Source: Tubulanus polymorphus (lineage: Eukaryota; Animalia; Nemertea). Taken from it: a stretch of 64,000 nt of DNA. Location of the stretch: assembly GCF_964204645.1 (NCBI RefSeq), contig NC_134031.1, forward strand, positions 16,231,807-16,295,806, written 5' to 3'. Shown one piece after another: positions 58,826 through 64,000 of the stretch. The notes under the pieces were generated by a model, which was given only the letters and a program-made list of their open reading frames with translations, had not been told where the DNA came from and searched no databases. Position numbers and translations under genes: made by a program. Position 1 is the first letter of the stretch. Each line of letters opens with the position of its first letter.

Positions 58826-61800
58826 TTACACGATATTATTTTCGAATATATATTCTTTATTGACCAAACGGTTAAAACTCATTCTAGACAAATCGATTGT
58901 CTTATAACAACCGTCGACGATTAATTCCGATATTGCCCGACCAGCAGCCGGGGCGTGTTGCAATCCGTGACCACTAGAACCATTCACAAAATAGAAATTC
59001 TCATAATACGGATGACTACCAATTATCAGATTCTCATCCGCGGTATTGACTTCATAATAGCCACTCCATGCGCTACGCAACTATAAATTGAATATTTAAT
59101 GGTTAATACTTGAGTTTTAGAAACAGTGAGGGTAGTATAAATCAGGGTTCTTACCGATCAGGGAATGCAAAAATCCATGATATTTTCCTGATTTCCCCTG
59201 ACCCTCGACCAAAAATGGCCTGATTGAATTATAAGACATCCTCACAGCAGGGTTCCCACGGGTTTTGAAAAGTCTTGGAAAGTTTTGGAAAATGGGAATT
59301 TTTTTCCGGGCCTTGGAAAAGCTATGGAAATTTTGTTTTTCTCTATGGCTATGGAAAAGGTATGGAAAATCAGAAAATGACATCAAAATAAAAATTTCCT
59401 TCAATTTCAGATTATAGGCTATGGGCCTGCGCCAATTGTAACCACTAAGAATTTTGGTAACAAAAAGGGAGTTGTCACTTCCCTGTGACACAGTGGGGAC
59501 TGTTTCTTGTCAAGATGTTCCTTTTTGTGCCACTTGTCACCAGTAAGAACGACTAGACATCAAAAATTAAAGTTTCCAGACTTTTCTCTGATTTCTAAGA
59601 AAAGTGTCGGAATTCCCTGAACCTCCCTGCAGGAAAAATAAGTCCAGAATTCCATGATATCCCTTATCCGTAAGAACCCTGATATTATCTTGCTGTATTT
59701 ATTGCGTTACCTTTAATGTTTCCATTGCCGGTATTCGGTGTGCCATTACAGGCCAGATTTCATCTTGGAAGAAATCATAATCGACTTCCAGGTTGTCGGT
59801 GGGTGGTTCCTGTTCCTGTTGGAAACAACAATTTTTAGATCAAGCACTTCCGGTATACCGATTATGTCCAATCAGACATGTGAAATCCTGCTTAAATTTT
59901 TTTTAGGCATAAGCGTATAGCTATAGTTTACTCCCAGATGATTACCGTGAATGTCATTTTGTTCGATGAATGTCAATTCGACTGAAATTATGCTGATTAA
60001 ATTGCTTAGATTTTTCCGAAGACTTACCTCGGTTGGAGATTTTCCGCAAATGAAATTGTCTCCGGATTCTCTGCGCATATAAACTCCGGTGGGATCAATG
60101 AGGAATGGTAAATTCGAATTCGGTGGTATCTTCGGTGCATGGATTACATATACATATCTCTTCCTGTAAAACAGAAATTGAATATAGAACTAAATATCCA
60201 CTGATGAAATCATTCTAACAGTATCTATCATTAGATGAAAAATACAGTCAAATCATAATCTAGATAAGTTATCACTATTACTTAAGTCCTCACTACTTTT
60301 GGGTCCCACTTTATTTCTAAGTTCCAATTCAATTTACTAAGTTTAAGTCGTCATTTGGATAAGTCGTCAACAAATTATGATCATCCCCGCTGTGATGACT
60401 TAAGCGAATTTGACTGTATTACCATATTGAGTACGAGGTACACAAATAAAACACACCTAAAAATTGTTTCTCTCAATTCTGACAAACATGTAGAAACATA
60501 CAAAACACAGATCACATTTCTTTCTCCCAACCTTTGGAATGCTCTACGCAAAAACATTTGTCACAAACCCGATTTAGAAAATTAAAAAGATTCCTAATAA
60601 TATACCAGTTTACTGGATTACTTTTAATATTCTTTTAATATTGAATCAGCGAAATTGGCGCTATATAAGCATCATTACATCATCATCATATCTGAAGCCT
60701 AGGATACCTCGGTTCTACTGGTAGAGCTACACTGAGCAGCCCATCCCCACCTCCAATACCGACCAGCTTGGATACTTCTCCAGCAGACGGACCAGCCGCG
60801 TTAACGATGTGACGGAATTTAATTGGCTGCATATCATTGGAATCGTTACCCAGTAATCTGACCTGCAATTCGATTTTGAAAATCTTGAAAACAATTTTCT
60901 CTTCATCCATATGTCCACCACCATTTGAGACTTACGTGGGCATGGGTTAGCTGTTTCTTTTCTTCGGTTTGATTGTGAGCTTCGGTTCTGAACTGGAATC
61001 CGGTCACGTCGCCTTTCACATATTGAACGCCCATAGATTTGTTCTTTTGACGAAAAGCTACCAAGAACAGCCACGGATCGAACCAACCTTCTCGTTCCAT
61101 CGCTTCGTAAATACAAATTGTTAGACGAGAAGATACACAGTATCCGTGTATGATGATGACAAGAGAAATCCCACAATAACGAAGCCAAGATTGAAAAATT
61201 CTATATCAGATTGATGATATTTGAGGAGCAACGTTTCGGCTAACAACTGTTAGTACGCCTGATGATGGCTAACAGTTGTTTGCCGAAACGTCGCTCCTCA
61301 AATATAATCATTCTGATATAGAATTTTTCAATCTTGGCTTCGTTATTGTGGGATTTCTCTCGTCATACAAATCGTACACATCATAAAACAATCTTATCAT
61401 TTACAAATCGTACACATCATAAAACAATCTTATCATTTACAAATCGTACACATCATAAAAACAATCTTATCATTTCAAATTCATTTTTAAATAATCTACA
61501 GTAGAAAACCTCTCTTACATATAGTTCCACATTCGATATCATCTATATTTAACCATGGCCACCTGTGTCGCAAGTCCTTTTTCGTCAGAAACATTACTTT
61601 AGCACCTACTTCCCTGTTAAAGTTATATGAATTCTTAGATTAGTAGAATCATAAGCTGCAAATGTACAGTATGCTGCATTTGAGATTAAGATTGCATAGC
61701 TAGGGGTCCATTGACACCATGCCCTCATGGAAGTGGTCTTGGAAACTGCCAATTTCGATATGCATCTCCTGCCAAGTACAGAAACCAATGACAGGCCAAG

Positions 61801-63379
61801 TTTTGGGCTACAGCTGCGTATAGCGTAGATACATACAGAAAACCAAATATCGTAAAAAACCATAAATCAAAGTTGTCAAAAATTTCTAAAGAAAACTAGA
61901 CTGTATCTACAGACTGATGGATTACAGATGAAAAGTGAATGCAATAGTAGGGCTTAAGTCCCTAGTAAGCAAAAAGTGCAGGGCACAGGCAATTCAACAG
62001 TCGTGAGTCAGATCTGAATCATTTCACTTTCAATTCTTTTACTCTAATGTTCAAAGACACCTATTTAACATCATTGATTCACTTACGTCTGTATTTTATG
62101 ATTATACATCAAAGTTTCAGCACCTTTTTCCGAGGCCAGAAACAAATATCCTTTTTCGAAATATTGCACATCAGGAGGATCCAAATCTGGAAATGAGCGC
62201 AGCAGCCGCATTAACATTTTTACGAGTAGAAACGACGATTAGTAATAAACATAATGATCGTGGAGACACCGGAACCTACCGTATACACTTAGGTTTTGTT
62301 TCACGTTCTTCAGAAATTCTGCACCAAACATCGACATGCGAATATTCTCCGGCAGAGAAAACTGTTGACGAATTCCGCCACACGAAAGAACGGTCGATGC
62401 ACGAGTATACTGAATTAGAGTTAATGACATGATACCTTCTTTAATTAGATCCGAGCGAGTATACCATTATGATAAGAACCAATTAAGCATCCGTAAAAAC
62501 ATAACCGTGCTTGCTTCACAGCATTGATGACATAGAATACATTGAAAAAAATAATTCATGAACTAAAAGCCATTTGGAATAAAGTTCATGGTTGAAAATA
62601 TTGATAGAACATAGAACCACGACTTTTTTTCAAAAGATATCTTTTGACCAAGTGATAATAGATAGTGCCTTGAGCCTTTTACAGATATAAAAATATGTAT
62701 TCTTTTGTAGTAGCTTATTTCGACATTTTTACTTACACTGCTATCCCTCTCTACAATCGTCACTTTCATGTCAAGATTTTTCTGCTTTAACCAGTAAGCA
62801 ACTGCGGAGCCCATTATTCCCCCGCCGACTATCAAACAGTCCGTTTCTAACGGAACAATCTTATTTTCATCTACAATAGAAAAACATTTGACCATGATTA
62901 AGGGGGCATAGGAGGAAAGAGAAGGAGAATGATGTTTGAAATTTCATGGCCAGACACTAGATTAGAACGCCGACAATGCAGCAGAGACCAGAGGCAGAGA
63001 GCACACAGAATAGCCGATAGGAATGGCTGTCAAGCCGCAAGTGGCAGTATGACCAGCATATTCTGGTCTGGCAAAAGGCTATGCTAACAGTACACTATAT
63101 ACTCTAAGCCCCTAAAGGTTCACAAACAACAAACTAACGAATATATAGCTGAATGAAAATTAAATTTGAATTTGATTGACTCAACCACCTACCGCTAAAT
63201 TCATTTTTAAGACTATTCCATCGGTTTTCAGTAGAATAATCGCCGACTTGTCGATTTCGGGATGTGTACGGATCGGATTCGTAAGCGTTTAGTCGGCCGC
63301 CGTTGTGAATTAAACGCAATAAACGTTTAATTCGGAAGCCCGAATTGAACCGTAAAATTCTTAACATGGGCGCGGCCAT
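58826..63379 (-). CDS. FOXRED1: FAD-dependent oxidoreductase domain-containing protein 1 (mitochondrial complex I assembly factor)
   Basis: Transit-peptide-like [11 protein letters not shown]; [17 protein letters not shown]; [26 protein letters not shown]; EGWFDPW; VNAAGP; LPVEPR; [14 protein letters not shown]; [11 protein letters not shown]; [22 protein letters not shown]. Multi-exon. Confidence 0.95.
59143..59681. mobile_element. CAGGGTTC-family MITE with a nested related element
   Basis: CAGGGTTCTTACCGAT ... ATCCGTAAGAACCCTG with an internal CAGGGTTCCCACGGG start at ~59248. A related element lies at ~40963-41250. Confidence 0.6.
60245..60416. mobile_element. Tigger/pogo-like MITE
   Basis: TA|CAGTCAAAT ... 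ATTTGACTG|TA. Confidence 0.6.
61156..61366. mobile_element. Palindromic Penelope-like relic with a minimal hammerhead ribozyme core
   Basis: Near-perfect inverted arms of ~95 bp. Plus strand reads CTGATGA-T-GGCTAAC-agtt-GTTTGCC-GAAAC-GTC at 61259-61292. Confidence 0.75.
61366..61475. repeat. Minisatellite, 3 x ~36 bp
   Basis: TACAAATCGTACACATCATAAAA(A)CAATCTTATCATT repeated three times, abutting the palindromic element. Confidence 0.9.
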
Positions 63380-63650
63380 CTTTAATTTCAATTAAAATTT
63401 ATTTAATCAAAACCTGTATAGTTTATTAGACAAAAGAATCTGCTCATTTAAGGGGCGATGATGTGCTGCGTATGAAAATGCGATTAATGTGAAAAAATAT
63501 GTTTAAAATAAAGATGGTTGTAAAGTTTTGTTTTCCCGAACCCCAAATTTCTGAGCGTCACCTGGCGGCATTAACCGTTACTATGTGTTAAAATGGCGAG
63601 CTCCATCGCTGATGATGTAAACAGAAACTTTCTGAGTGGAAATTTGAGAG

Positions 63651-63944
63651 ATGAGTAAGACGACTGTGTCGCAGCTTTACAGGTCAGTTGTATTTAACAT
63701 CTGTAATTATCTGTGTATGTATTCCTTTTAAATCAGCGTTCATTCAAGATGAGATAGTAGCGATTAGTGCATGATTTGTTGCTCGGTGGTTCTTTCGTGT
63801 AGAAATTTGCAAATCGAAATCATATGGTTGGTTGGGGTCGAGTTCCAATCTGCATTGATTGTTGCCAAGATTATGGGTTCGTTTTCATCAATTCTTTCTT
63901 TAATTTTTTCAGACAAGCAGAATCGTTGAAATCTAAAATAGCAG
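63651..63944 (+). CDS. SMG7: Nonsense-mediated decay factor SMG7, first two coding exons (continues beyond the window)
   Basis: 63651-63682 (MSKTTVSQLYR, phase-2 donor GTCAGT) and a 32-nt exon 63913-63944 (QAESLKSKIA, donor GTAACT). This resembles the vertebrate SMG7 N-terminus MSLQSAQYLR|QAEVLKADMT in sequence and, as I recall it, in exon break. Only 21 aa are visible. Confidence 0.65.
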
Positions 63945-64000
63945 GTAACTTTTTTAGTTTCCCCAAATTTGCCCAATTAATCGCACAATTTAAACCGTGT

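Noticed and set aside
63651-63682. LYR-motif protein or G-protein beta subunit start
   Set aside because: The next exon (QAESLKSKIA, 32 nt) fits SMG7 better in sequence and exon phase; with only 21 aa visible the alternatives are not fully excluded.

Overview
Intron-rich, AT-rich genomic DNA from an invertebrate animal (probably a spiralian or other protostome; the species cannot be fixed from sequence). It is not prokaryotic, and no rRNA, tRNA gene or CRISPR array is present. Genes reconstructed by hand, left to right: SEC22B exon 1 (-, runs off the left edge); a ~11 kb candidate chemoreceptor block with two near-identical intronless rhodopsin-class GPCRs (+), a third unrelated intronless GPCR (-), a fragmented ionotropic-receptor remnant and an intact 14-exon iGluR/IR-family channel (-); RalGPS (-, 15 coding exons); a diverged FOXRED1 paralog (+); an uncharacterised ~1,300-aa, 22-exon protein (+) combining a PH domain, a PY motif, a WW domain, a collagen/polyglycine region and beta-sandwich-like segments; canonical FOXRED1 (-); and the first two exons of SMG7 (+). 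Introns hold many MITEs, a tRNA-derived SINE, a 2.4 kb TIR element with an internal satellite, and palindromic Penelope-like relics with hammerhead-ribozyme cores. The best candidates for new biology are the PH-PY-WW-polyglycine protein and the co-duplicated GPCR+IR module, whose GPCR copies differ almost only on the extracellular face. Exon boundaries were read by eye (GT-AG and phase checked) and need RNA-seq confirmation.
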